Below are positions 36,408 through 45,063 of a stretch of DNA of 47,717 nt, in pieces (the first letter of the stretch is position 1; the number at the start of each line of letters is the position of its first letter). The notes beneath the pieces are model-generated. The model did not search any database, was not told the DNA's origin, and saw only the letters and a list, made by a program, of their open reading frames with translations. This DNA is from an uncultured Clostridia bacterium (GTDB lineage: Bacteria > Bacillota > Clostridia > TANB77 > CAG-508), in the NCBI GenBank assembly GCA_944388715.1, contig CALXJV010000001.1, positions 1 to 47,717 of the forward strand, read 5' to 3'. Both the position numbers and the translations under genes were made by a program.

Positions 36408-37088
36408 ATGTCTACACCACATAATGAAGCAAATTTAGGAGATATTGCAAAAACTGTAATAATGCCAGGAGATCCTCTTCGTGCTAAATATATTGCTGAA
36501 AAATTTTTAGATGATTACAAATTGGTAAATCAAGTAAGAGGAATGTATGCTTATACAGGTCACTATAAAGGTACTAAGATAACTGTTATGGCATCTGGTA
36601 TGGGAATTCCTAGTATGGGAATTTATTGTTATGAATTATTTAAATTTTATGATGTTGAAAATATTATAAGAATTGGTTCTTGTGGAGGATTTGTTCCTGA
36701 ACTAAACATGTTTGATATTGTTTTATCTAAATCTATTTATAGTGAAAGTAATTTTGCTTTAACTTTTAATAATGAAAATTGCCATATAGTCGATTCTAGT
36801 TCTGAATTAAATAACATAATAAAAGAAACTGCTTTAAAAACAGATATTAAAATTGTTGAAGGTAACACTATTTGTAATGAATGTTTTGACCCTTATATGA
36901 CTGATGAAAATTTCAAAAGTTTTATGGACAGAGTTCCAAAAGACTTTAATGCTTTAAGTGGAGAAATGGAAGCTTTTGCTTTATGTTATATTGCTAAATA
37001 TCTAAATAAAAAAGCTACTTGCTTAATGACAGTTGTTGATTCAAGATTTATTGATGCTGTTGCCACTACTGAACAAAGAGAAAAATGA
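36408..37088 (+). CDS. deoD: purine nucleoside phosphorylase, DeoD type
   Basis: STPHNEANLGDIAKTVIMPGDPLRAKYIAEKFL and VMASGMGIPS closely follow the DeoD pattern. AGGAGG lies upstream of the ATG. Confidence 0.9.
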   Translation: MSTPHNEANLGDIAKTVIMPGDPLRAKYIAEKFLDDYKLVNQVRGMYAYTGHYKGTKITVMASGMGIPSMGIYCYELFKFYDVENIIRIGSCGGFVPELNMFDIVLSKSIYSESNFALTFNNENCHIVDSSSELNNIIKETALKTDIKIVEGNTICNECFDPYMTDENFKSFMDRVPKDFNALSGEMEAFALCYIAKYLNKKATCLMTVVDSRFIDAVATTEQREK

Positions 37089-37134
37089 TTAAATAATATG
37101 ATACAACTTGCACTAGATTCAAGTTTGGAATGTT

Positions 37135-37157
37135 AGGGACGTGTTTGACACGTCCCC
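37135..37157. terminator. bidirectional terminator between convergent deoD and greA
   Basis: GC stem gggacgtg / cacgtccc with T-rich and A-rich flanks. Confidence 0.6.
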
Positions 37158-37166
37158 CATTTTCCC

Positions 37167-37643
37167 CTATTTCTTAATAGACAATATTTTATATTTCATA
37201 ACTCCAGCTGGTGCATTAACTTCTACTGTTTGATTTTTCTTAGCTCCTAATAAAGCCTCTCCTAGTGGTGATTCATTAGATATTTTATTTTCAGCCAAGT
37301 TAACTTCTGTTGAGCCAACAATTGTATATTCAATTTTTTCATCAAATTCAACATCTAATACTCTCACTATATTTCCAATTTGAACTGTTTCTGTATCTAT
37401 GTCTTTTTCATCTATTATTTTTGCATGTCTTAATTTATTTTCTAATTCAGCTATTTTTACTTCATTTTCTGCTTGTGCATTTTTAGCTTCGTCATATTCT
37501 GAATTTTCTGATAAATCTCCAAATCCTAGTGCTACTTTTATTCTTTCTGCAATATCAGCTCTTTTTTCAGTTTTTAAAAAATTTAACTCCTTTTCTAAAT
37601 TATTATACCCCTCTTGTGTTAATATTACTTCTTTTTCTTCCAT
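37167..37643 (-). CDS. greA: transcription elongation factor GreA
   Basis: 158 aa with an N-terminal coiled coil carrying the acidic tip (GDLSENSEYDEAK) and a C-terminal FKBP-like domain. Confidence 0.93.
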   Translation of the reverse strand: MEEKEVILTQEGYNNLEKELNFLKTEKRADIAERIKVALGFGDLSENSEYDEAKNAQAENEVKIAELENKLRHAKIIDEKDIDTETVQIGNIVRVLDVEFDEKIEYTIVGSTEVNLAENKISNESPLGEALLGAKKNQTVEVNAPAGVMKYKILSIKK

Positions 37644-37746
37644 AGTAATTCCTCCTCAATTGTTTACTATTTTTGTACTTTAATATATTACGGCAGAAAA
37701 TGAAATTTGTCAATACAAATTTCATTTTTTCTTAAACTCTTTATAA

Positions 37747-38340
37747 TTAATCTTTTATATATTTTTTAATTCCTTTCATATAATCCAGTCCAGAAAATAT
37801 TGTTGCTATTGTTTGTATTATCATCATTAATGTAACTATAATATTTAATACTAATTCTCCCCCTTGTAGGTTTCCTGTAAAACATTCGCCAAAAGCATGC
37901 AAATCTACAAAAGCTAAAATTATTGCTATCATTTGAGTAACAGTTTTTAATTTTCCCCATTTTGATGCTGAAATAACTTCTCCGCCTTTTTCTACTGCAA
38001 TCAATCTATATCCTGATACTAAAAATTCTCTCGCTAACACTATTATAGGTATCCAAGCTGGTAATTTAGCATTTTCTACTAGCATTAACATTGCTGATAA
38101 TACTAATATTTTATCTGCTAATGGGTCTAAAAATTTCCCAAATGCTGTTACCTGGTTTTTATTTCTAGCTATATATCCATCCAATTTATCTGTTATAGAT
38201 GCTAAAATAAATATGAAATCTACTATTAGATATGTTATTGGTATACCCCATAATTCTCCTTTTATTCCTAAAAATGGTATTATTACCATAATTGGAACTA
38301 ATATTATTCTAAATATAGTTAATTTATTTGGCAAATTCAT
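37747..38340 (-). CDS. pgsA: CDP-diacylglycerol--glycerol-3-phosphate 3-phosphatidyltransferase
   Basis: CDP-alcohol phosphatidyltransferase motif DKLDGYIAR...GKFLDPLADK. The start is set at MNLPNK (ATG 38340), 9 nt after GGAAGGA. The ORF-track start at 38358 is a GTG. Confidence 0.88.
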   Translation of the reverse strand: MNLPNKLTIFRIILVPIMVIIPFLGIKGELWGIPITYLIVDFIFILASITDKLDGYIARNKNQVTAFGKFLDPLADKILVLSAMLMLVENAKLPAWIPIIVLAREFLVSGYRLIAVEKGGEVISASKWGKLKTVTQMIAIILAFVDLHAFGECFTGNLQGGELVLNIIVTLMMIIQTIATIFSGLDYMKGIKKYIKD

Positions 38341-38484
38341 TTTTTTCATTCCTTCCACAAGGCTTACTTTTGTTAGAAAAGTATATTTTCTAACCTCCCC
38401 TTTATTTTATATCATTTTTTCTAAAAATTCTATACTTAGTAAAAATTTTTTTAATTATGATTTTACTAATAGTTACTATTTATT

Positions 38485-38623
38485 ATAGCCTCAAATCTAC
38501 TTTATAGAAGGTATCTATATATTAATATTGATTAAATTTCGAATGTGATTGGAGTGCTTGTAAAGTTTTTTTATCTAAAAGAATTTATGAGATATTAATA
38601 TATAGATACATTCTTTAGGCTAT
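38485..38623. repeat. long imperfect inverted repeat downstream of the S41 protease gene
   Basis: The arms agaaggtatctatatattaatat and atattaatatatagatacattct have one mismatch, and atagcct / aggctat pair outside them. They enclose a ~65-nt core. Confidence 0.5.
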
Positions 38624-38635
38624 GCATTATAAAAA

Positions 38636-39859
38636 TTAGCTTTCTTTTAACATTTGTATTGCTTTTTGTAATTGTGTATCTTTACTTCTATCTATATTAA
38701 ATACATCATCCACATCTTCTGGTAATTCTACTGTTTCATCTGGTTCTATACCAATTTCATTTATTTCTGTTCTATTTGGAGTTAAATATTTTTCTGTTGT
38801 TATTTTCAAACCACTACCATCTGGAAGTGTTAAAATTTGTTGAATTACACCTTTTCCATAAGTTTTTGTTCCTACTATTTTTGCTTTTCCTAAATCTTTT
38901 AAAGCTCCTGCTAAAATCTCTGATGAACTAGCAGTATTTTCATTTGTCAATATAATTATTGGCATATTAATGATTGGATCATTTTCAGATTTTTCTACAG
39001 TTTCATTATTGTCTTTATCAACTTCATAAAGTAAAACTGAATCTTTATCTGCAATATAATCTGCTATTTGTAATGCCTCATCTACTATACCTCCACCATT
39101 ATTTCTTAAATCTATAATTAATGATGTAATTCCTTTTGATTGTAGCTCTTCAAACTTAGTTTTAAATTCTTCAGCTGTATTTTCATCAAATGATGAAAAT
39201 TCTATATATCCTATATTATTTTCTAATACTTCTCCTTCTACAGGATTTACCACAATATTTTCTCTTTTTATTTCAAAATCAAGTGTTTCTTCTCCTCTTA
39301 ATATTTGTAATTTAACTGTTGAACCCTCTTCTCCTTTTATTTTAGTTGAAATTGCTGTCATATCATCTGCTGTACATTCTTCTCCATTTACAGACATAAT
39401 TAAGTCTCCTGGTTTTATTCCTGCTCTTTCTGCTGGGCTATTTTTTATTGGAGATAATACCATTATCCTATTTGATTCTGTATCTTGTACCATATATATT
39501 CCAATCCCCACAAAATTCCCCATTGTGTCTTCTAAATAGTCATTCATATCTTCTTTTGATATATATTCAGTATATGGATCTCCTAATCCTTCAATATATC
39601 CTTTTATCGCACCTTCCTTTAGACCTTCTTCATCTATATCTCCTAAATAATATTTTTCTATTAGTGATTTATATGTGTCTAAAGTTTGCGAAATATCTTT
39701 GCTACTATCAGATGTCATTAGTGTTAGATATTTATTTAAACTATCTCCTTTTACAAAATATTGATAAAACCCTATTGATGTTATTAAAAATGTTATAAAT
39801 GCTACTAAAATAATTAGCATTATAATTTTGTAGACTTTATATCTTTTCTTCTCTTCCAT
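38636..39859 (-). CDS. S41 family C-terminal processing peptidase (Ctp) with PDZ domain
   Basis: N-terminal TM, a PDZ segment (GIKPGDLIMSVNGE) and catalytic Ser/Lys region motifs (TASSSEILAGALKD, GTKTYGKG). Confidence 0.88.
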   Translation of the reverse strand: MEEKKRYKVYKIIMLIILVAFITFLITSIGFYQYFVKGDSLNKYLTLMTSDSSKDISQTLDTYKSLIEKYYLGDIDEEGLKEGAIKGYIEGLGDPYTEYISKEDMNDYLEDTMGNFVGIGIYMVQDTESNRIMVLSPIKNSPAERAGIKPGDLIMSVNGEECTADDMTAISTKIKGEEGSTVKLQILRGEETLDFEIKRENIVVNPVEGEVLENNIGYIEFSSFDENTAEEFKTKFEELQSKGITSLIIDLRNNGGGIVDEALQIADYIADKDSVLLYEVDKDNNETVEKSENDPIINMPIIILTNENTASSSEILAGALKDLGKAKIVGTKTYGKGVIQQILTLPDGSGLKITTEKYLTPNRTEINEIGIEPDETVELPEDVDDVFNIDRSKDTQLQKAIQMLKES

Positions 39860-40025
39860 TAAATTCCATTCCTTTCAACTAAAAATCTTTTCTATATTAA
39901 TATATTATATTTATATCAAATTATATTAAAAAATTCTATATTCTTTCCAATATTACAATATAAGAACAAATCGTAAATCCTTAATATTGGAGCGAAACAA
40001 CTTTTATGTAATAAGAAAGTATAAC

Positions 40026-40158
40026 TTTCTTTTGAAAATAAAATATTTTATTTTCACTTTGTGTTGTAAACCTAAAAAGTTTCATAGTATTTCTTTTGAA
40101 AATAAAACATTTAATTTATTTTCACTTTGTGTTGTGAAACTAAAAAGTTTCATGGTAT
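40026..40158. repeat. tandem direct duplication (units of about 64 and 68 bp) upstream of the protease gene
   Basis: tttcttttgaaaataaaa.attt..tattttcactttgtgttgt.aa.ctaaaaagtttcat.gtat occurs twice in succession, with a few substitutions and a 4-nt indel. Confidence 0.7.
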
Positions 40159-40191
40159 TTCCTATTATATAAAAGGTCTGTCCCCTAATCC

Positions 40192-40231
40192 CTAAAAAGA
40201 GGGATTCAAGGAACGTCCCTTAATCCCTCTT
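40192..40231 (-). terminator. rho-independent terminator of the third M23 peptidase gene
   Basis: Stem aagagggatt / aatccctctt lies immediately after the stop codon and is followed by TTTTT on the minus transcript. Confidence 0.7.
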
Positions 40232-40235
40232 TTAT

Positions 40236-41495
40236 CTATGGCAAATAATTTTCCGGATTTACTCTATTATTATATAATCCTGGGCTAACTCTTACTTCAA
40301 AATGTAAATGTGGTCCTGTTGAATTTCCTGTACTTCCTACATTCATAATTTGTTGTCCTTGTGTTACACGTTGTCCTTCTGATACTCTTATAGAACCCGC
40401 TTGTCCATGTGCATATAATGTATATAGTCCATTGTCATGTAATATAATTACATAATTTCCATAACTTGTTGTTAATGCTTTTGCTGTATATACAATTCCA
40501 TCTGCTACCGCATATACAGGTTGACCATTAATTCCAGCTGATCCAAAGTCAACTGCTCCATGGTATTGACCACTTGAATAGTACAATCTTGTGGTTATTC
40601 TTGAATATGCACTTGGTACTGGATATATAAATCCAGAATTACTTACAGGTCCTCCGCCTGTTGATGTTCCTCCTGATGGAGAACTTCCTCCAGATGTTCC
40701 CCCTGATGAACTACCTGATGATGAATTTGCTTGTTGTTTTTTATATTCTTCTAATTTTCTTTGCATTTCTGCTTGCTTTTGTTTTATTTCTGCATCTATT
40801 GCTTTATTTGCTTCTTCTAATTCATCTATTTGTGCTTGTAATTGTTGTTCTTGAGATGATAATTGTGCTACATATGTATTCTTTTCTGCTTTTGCACTTT
40901 CTAATTGAACTGTCATACTTTGTTTTTCAGCTTTTGATGAATCTAATTCTTTTTTACTTGTTTCTAATGTTGTTTTTGCGTTTTCAATTTCTTTCTTCTC
41001 ATTTTCTAATTCTTGCATTAAATTTGTATCTGCTTCTGCTATTTCAGATATTAAGTAGTAATTTGAAATTAAATCTGTTAAACTTTGTGAAGAAAGCAAT
41101 ACATCTAAAAATGATGTCTCACCTGCTTCATATGTTGCAACTAATCTTTTTTCTAATAACTCTTGTTGTTTGTCATAATCTTCTTGTTTTTGATTAATTT
41201 GATTTTCTGCATCAGCTATTTGATTATTCAAATCTGATATTTTAGTATCTAACTCATTAATCTGATTTTCATAATCACTAATCTGTGTTTGTATTTCTTC
41301 AACTTGTTTTAATGTCTCACTTTTCTCTTGTGTTACTTGTTCTTTTTGTTCTTCTGCTTCTTTAATTTGTCCCTCATTTGAAGATTGTTCATCTTGTAAA
41401 TTTGATATTTCATCTGCATATACAATAACATTATATTGTGATATTACTACTGCAATAATTAATCCCCCTAGTATTTTAAAAAATGTCTTTTTCAT
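40236..41495 (-). CDS. coiled-coil M23 (LytM-type) peptidoglycan metalloendopeptidase, paralog 3, with a Gly/Ser-rich linker
   Basis: Signal peptide, a ~230-aa coiled coil, a SSSGSSSGGTSGGSSPSGGTSTGGG linker, and the M23 motifs HGAVDF and GPHLHFEVR. Confidence 0.85.
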   Translation of the reverse strand: MKKTFFKILGGLIIAVVISQYNVIVYADEISNLQDEQSSNEGQIKEAEEQKEQVTQEKSETLKQVEEIQTQISDYENQINELDTKISDLNNQIADAENQINQKQEDYDKQQELLEKRLVATYEAGETSFLDVLLSSQSLTDLISNYYLISEIAEADTNLMQELENEKKEIENAKTTLETSKKELDSSKAEKQSMTVQLESAKAEKNTYVAQLSSQEQQLQAQIDELEEANKAIDAEIKQKQAEMQRKLEEYKKQQANSSSGSSSGGTSGGSSPSGGTSTGGGPVSNSGFIYPVPSAYSRITTRLYYSSGQYHGAVDFGSAGINGQPVYAVADGIVYTAKALTTSYGNYVIILHDNGLYTLYAHGQAGSIRVSEGQRVTQGQQIMNVGSTGNSTGPHLHFEVRVSPGLYNNRVNPENYLP

Positions 41496-41616
41496 ATGTT
41501 CCCTCCTTTAAATGTTACCATTCACAAATATGTTAATTTTTTATCTGAAAATATATTTATCTCATAATCGACCAATTCTAAGATAATTTTAACTGTGAAT
41601 CATAACCTTTAAATTA

Positions 41617-42795
41617 TTATGGTAAATATGGTGCTGGATTTACTGGTCTTCCATTTACTCTTACTTCAAAGTGTAAATGATATCCTGTTGAGTTTCCTGT
41701 TGTTCCTACACTCATTATTTGTTGTCCTTGACTTACACTTTGTCCTGCACTTACTAGTCTAGAACCTGGTGCTCCATGTGCATATAATGTCATTGTTCCA
41801 TCATGATGATTTATTACTATGTATTCTCCATAACTTCTATAATTACCATTTGAATATTTTAATGCTGTTGAAGTTACAACTGTTCCAGCTTTTGCAGCTA
41901 AAATTGGTTTTCCTGCTATTCCTGAACCACTAAAGTCAACTCCAGTATGTCCACTATATCCCATCCAACCACATGTTATTCCATAACCTACAATTGGTCT
42001 TATATATCCACTAGAACTTGGGTTATTGGCAATATTTGAACCATTTGAACCTCCTGAACTTGCTGTCTCTTTTCTTGCAATTTCTGCTAATTGTGCTTGT
42101 ATATCTCTTTTGTCTTGTTCAAATTGTTCTAATTCAGCTTGTGTATTTTTTTCATCTTCATTTAATTGTGCCACATAATTATCTTTTTGAGTTTTAGCAT
42201 TTTGCAATTCTGTTGTTTTTTGTTGTTTTTGAGCTCTTGTACTATCTAATTCTTTCTTATTTGTTTCTAATTCTTGTTTTGCTGTTTCTATTTCTTGTTT
42301 TTCTTTTTCAATTTTCTCCATTAATTCCATATCACTCTCTGTTATTTCAGAAATTAAGTAATAATTTGAAATTAAATCTGTTAAACTACTAGAAGAAAGC
42401 AATACATCTAAATATGATGTTTCTCCTGCTTCATATGTTGCAACTAATCTTTTTTCTAATAGCTCTTGTTGTTCATCATAATTTTCTTGCTTTTCATTTA
42501 TTTTATCTTGGGCAGATTCTATTTGTGTATTTATTTCTGATAATTTAGTGTCTAAGTCATCTATTTCAGATTGATATGATGAAATTTGAGTTATTAATTC
42601 TTCAACTTGTTGTAGTGTTTCTGATTTTTCTGCACTGATATTTTCAAGTTCTTCTTTTGCTTCTTCTATTTTTTGATCTGTTTCACTACTACTTGCATTT
42701 AATTCTGACTTTGTTGCTCCAATTACTACATTATATTGTAATAGAATTATTGCTGTAATTAATATTCCTAATATTTTGAGACCTATTTTTTTCAT
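41617..42795 (-). CDS. coiled-coil M23 peptidoglycan metalloendopeptidase, paralog 2
   Basis: Signal peptide, coiled coil, and the M23 motifs HTGVDF and GYHLHFEVR. Confidence 0.85.
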   Translation of the reverse strand: MKKIGLKILGILITAIILLQYNVVIGATKSELNASSSETDQKIEEAKEELENISAEKSETLQQVEELITQISSYQSEIDDLDTKLSEINTQIESAQDKINEKQENYDEQQELLEKRLVATYEAGETSYLDVLLSSSSLTDLISNYYLISEITESDMELMEKIEKEKQEIETAKQELETNKKELDSTRAQKQQKTTELQNAKTQKDNYVAQLNEDEKNTQAELEQFEQDKRDIQAQLAEIARKETASSGGSNGSNIANNPSSSGYIRPIVGYGITCGWMGYSGHTGVDFSGSGIAGKPILAAKAGTVVTSTALKYSNGNYRSYGEYIVINHHDGTMTLYAHGAPGSRLVSAGQSVSQGQQIMSVGTTGNSTGYHLHFEVRVNGRPVNPAPYLP

Positions 42796-42928
42796 TTCGT
42801 TTTTCTCCTTTTTTTCTTATTTGTATTTCTAATTACTTAATTTTAATCTTATCAACTTTAATTAATTTTTATAGTAATGAATAAACATTAGAAATTCTTA
42901 AATTATCAAATATAAAAATAATAATATC

Positions 42929-44149
42929 TTATTCATTTGTAGTATTTTGCGTTTCTTCTGAATCTTTATCTGGTGATTCTGGAATTAGTCCTTTTGTTAT
43001 ATATTCAATAGGATTTGTTACAACTCCATTTATTCTAACTTCAAAATGTGCATGTGGTCCTGTTGAATATCCTGTTGAACCTACTTTCAAAATTGCTTCA
43101 TTTCTTTTTACTGTTTGTCCTACAGTAACTAAAATTTCTGAACCATGTGCATATAATGTTGATATTCCTCCTCCATGGTCTATTATTACCATGTTTCCAT
43201 ATGCTGTGTTATATCCTGCTTTTGTAACAATACCATCATTTGCTGCCACAAAATTTGCTCCTATTGGTGCACTAATATCTACACCTGTATGTAATTTATA
43301 TTGTCCTGTAATTGGATGTACTCTCATACCATAATTTGAGGTAATTTTGGTATATCCTGGTACTGGCCAAGCAAGCTCTCCCCCTATATAATCTGTATCT
43401 AAACCTTGCTTTGCAAGTTCTAATATTTGATTATTTATAGCCTCATATTGTGCTGTAATTTCATCAATTTGTGCTTGTTTTGCCTTTTCCTCATCTGATA
43501 ATCTTGATACATATTTTTCCCTTAATGTTTTTGTATTTTGTAATACTGTTGATGTTTTTGTTTGTGTTTGTAATGCTACTGCCAAAGATTCTTGGTTTTT
43601 TTCTAGTTTTTTCTTTGATAATTCTATTTCCTTTTTTTCTTTTTCTACTTCATCTAATAAATCTTTATCAATAGATGTTATTTCTGTAATCAAGTAATAA
43701 TTAGATAAAAACTCTGAAATGTCATTTGACTTTAATAAAACATCTATATAGTTTGTATCACCAGATTCATATATTGCAACAAGTCTTTTTTCCATTAAAT
43801 CTTTTTGTTTTTCATAATTTTTTTCTGCTACTTCTAAATCTGCCTGAATATCAGAAATTTCTGCTTGCAATTCACTTACTTGAGTGTCTAATTCAGCAAT
43901 CTTATCTTCTGACTCTTTTATTTTTTCATCAAGTTTTTCTATTTGTTGCAAATTCCCTGATAATTGGCTCTGCACTTCTTCTAATTGCTCATTTGATTCA
44001 TTAAGTTGATTTTGTAAGTCTTCTTGTTGTGTTTGTAAATCTGTTAAATTGCTATTTTCTTCATTAGTTGTATTTTCATCTGCATATACAGTTGTTACAT
44101 ATGTACAAATGATGATAAAAGCTAAAACAATACATAAAAATTTACGCAT
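42929..44149 (-). CDS. coiled-coil M23 peptidoglycan metalloendopeptidase, paralog 1
   Basis: Signal peptide, coiled coil, and the M23 motifs HTGVDI and GPHAHFEVR. It starts 12 nt downstream of the ftsX stop. Confidence 0.85.
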   Translation of the reverse strand: MRKFLCIVLAFIIICTYVTTVYADENTTNEENSNLTDLQTQQEDLQNQLNESNEQLEEVQSQLSGNLQQIEKLDEKIKESEDKIAELDTQVSELQAEISDIQADLEVAEKNYEKQKDLMEKRLVAIYESGDTNYIDVLLKSNDISEFLSNYYLITEITSIDKDLLDEVEKEKKEIELSKKKLEKNQESLAVALQTQTKTSTVLQNTKTLREKYVSRLSDEEKAKQAQIDEITAQYEAINNQILELAKQGLDTDYIGGELAWPVPGYTKITSNYGMRVHPITGQYKLHTGVDISAPIGANFVAANDGIVTKAGYNTAYGNMVIIDHGGGISTLYAHGSEILVTVGQTVKRNEAILKVGSTGYSTGPHAHFEVRINGVVTNPIEYITKGLIPESPDKDSEETQNTTNE

Positions 44150-44160
44150 GCTCTACTCCT

Positions 44161-45063
44161 TTATACTTTTAAATATTTTCTCATAGAAATAATACTTCCT
44201 ATTGCTCCTATTCCTATTCCTAATAGCATATATACAAATATAATTGAGCTAAACATATCTGAGAATCCAACTAAGGTTACTCCTATTGTTTTCATAAATT
44301 GAGAACCTGCCATTTGTTCAGCAATAAAGTTATATGCAACAGCAACTATAACAATAGAAATCGCACTTGCTATTATTCCTATAATCATACCTTCTACTAT
44401 AAATGGCCATCTTATAAACCCATTTGTTGCACCAACATATTTCATAATTGATATTTCTTTTCTTCTTGCATGTACAGTTAATTTTATTGTATTTGCAATA
44501 ATAAATATTGAAATAAATATCAATAATACTAAAATTACTCCTGTAACTATTTTTATTCCATTAGCTAAATCAATTAATGTTGATACTGTTTCATCTGAAC
44601 TTGTAATTTTCTTTACATTTTCTAATTTTGATATTTCATCTTGTACTTGCCCACTTAAGTTTAAGTCTGTTAATGTTACTACATAAGAAGCTGTAAAAAT
44701 ATTATTTTCTCCTTCATATCCAGCTAATAAATCTTGGTTTTCTTCAAACTTTTCCTTCATTTGGTCTAATGCAGCTTCTTTTGATTTATATTCTATAGTA
44801 TTTACTCCATTTATTTGCTTTATTTGTTCTCCTAATTGTTGTATCTGCTCATCTGTAGCTTCATCTGTGGCAAATACTTGGATTCCTTGTGCAGACTCAA
44901 CTTCTTGTACAAAATGATTTATATTTTCACTTAATATTAAAAACACACCAAATATAATCATAGTTGCACACATTATCATTAATGATGCACCTGTAGACTT
45001 TTTGTTTTTAAATACGTTACTAAATCCTTCTCCTATTAAATAACCTAATCTATTATATTTCAC
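44161..45063 (-). CDS. ftsX: cell division ABC transporter permease-like protein FtsX
   Basis: 300 aa with a TM1, large extracellular domain, TM2-4 topology and an FtsX N-terminal pattern (GYLIGEGFSNVFKNK). It overlaps ftsE by 4 nt. Confidence 0.9.
   Translation of the reverse strand: MKYNRLGYLIGEGFSNVFKNKKSTGASLMIMCATMIIFGVFLILSENINHFVQEVESAQGIQVFATDEATDEQIQQLGEQIKQINGVNTIEYKSKEAALDQMKEKFEENQDLLAGYEGENNIFTASYVVTLTDLNLSGQVQDEISKLENVKKITSSDETVSTLIDLANGIKIVTGVILVLLIFISIFIIANTIKLTVHARRKEISIMKYVGATNGFIRWPFIVEGMIIGIIASAISIVIVAVAYNFIAEQMAGSQFMKTIGVTLVGFSDMFSSIIFVYMLLGIGIGAIGSIISMRKYLKV

Noticed and set aside
40026-40158. Possible CRISPR-like array.
   Set aside because: There are only two directly abutting units with no unique spacers between them, and no cas genes are present in the window.
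39987-40172. 61-aa plus-strand ORF across the tandem duplication.
   Set aside because: It is generated by the duplicated sequence, lacks an RBS and is oriented against all neighbouring genes.
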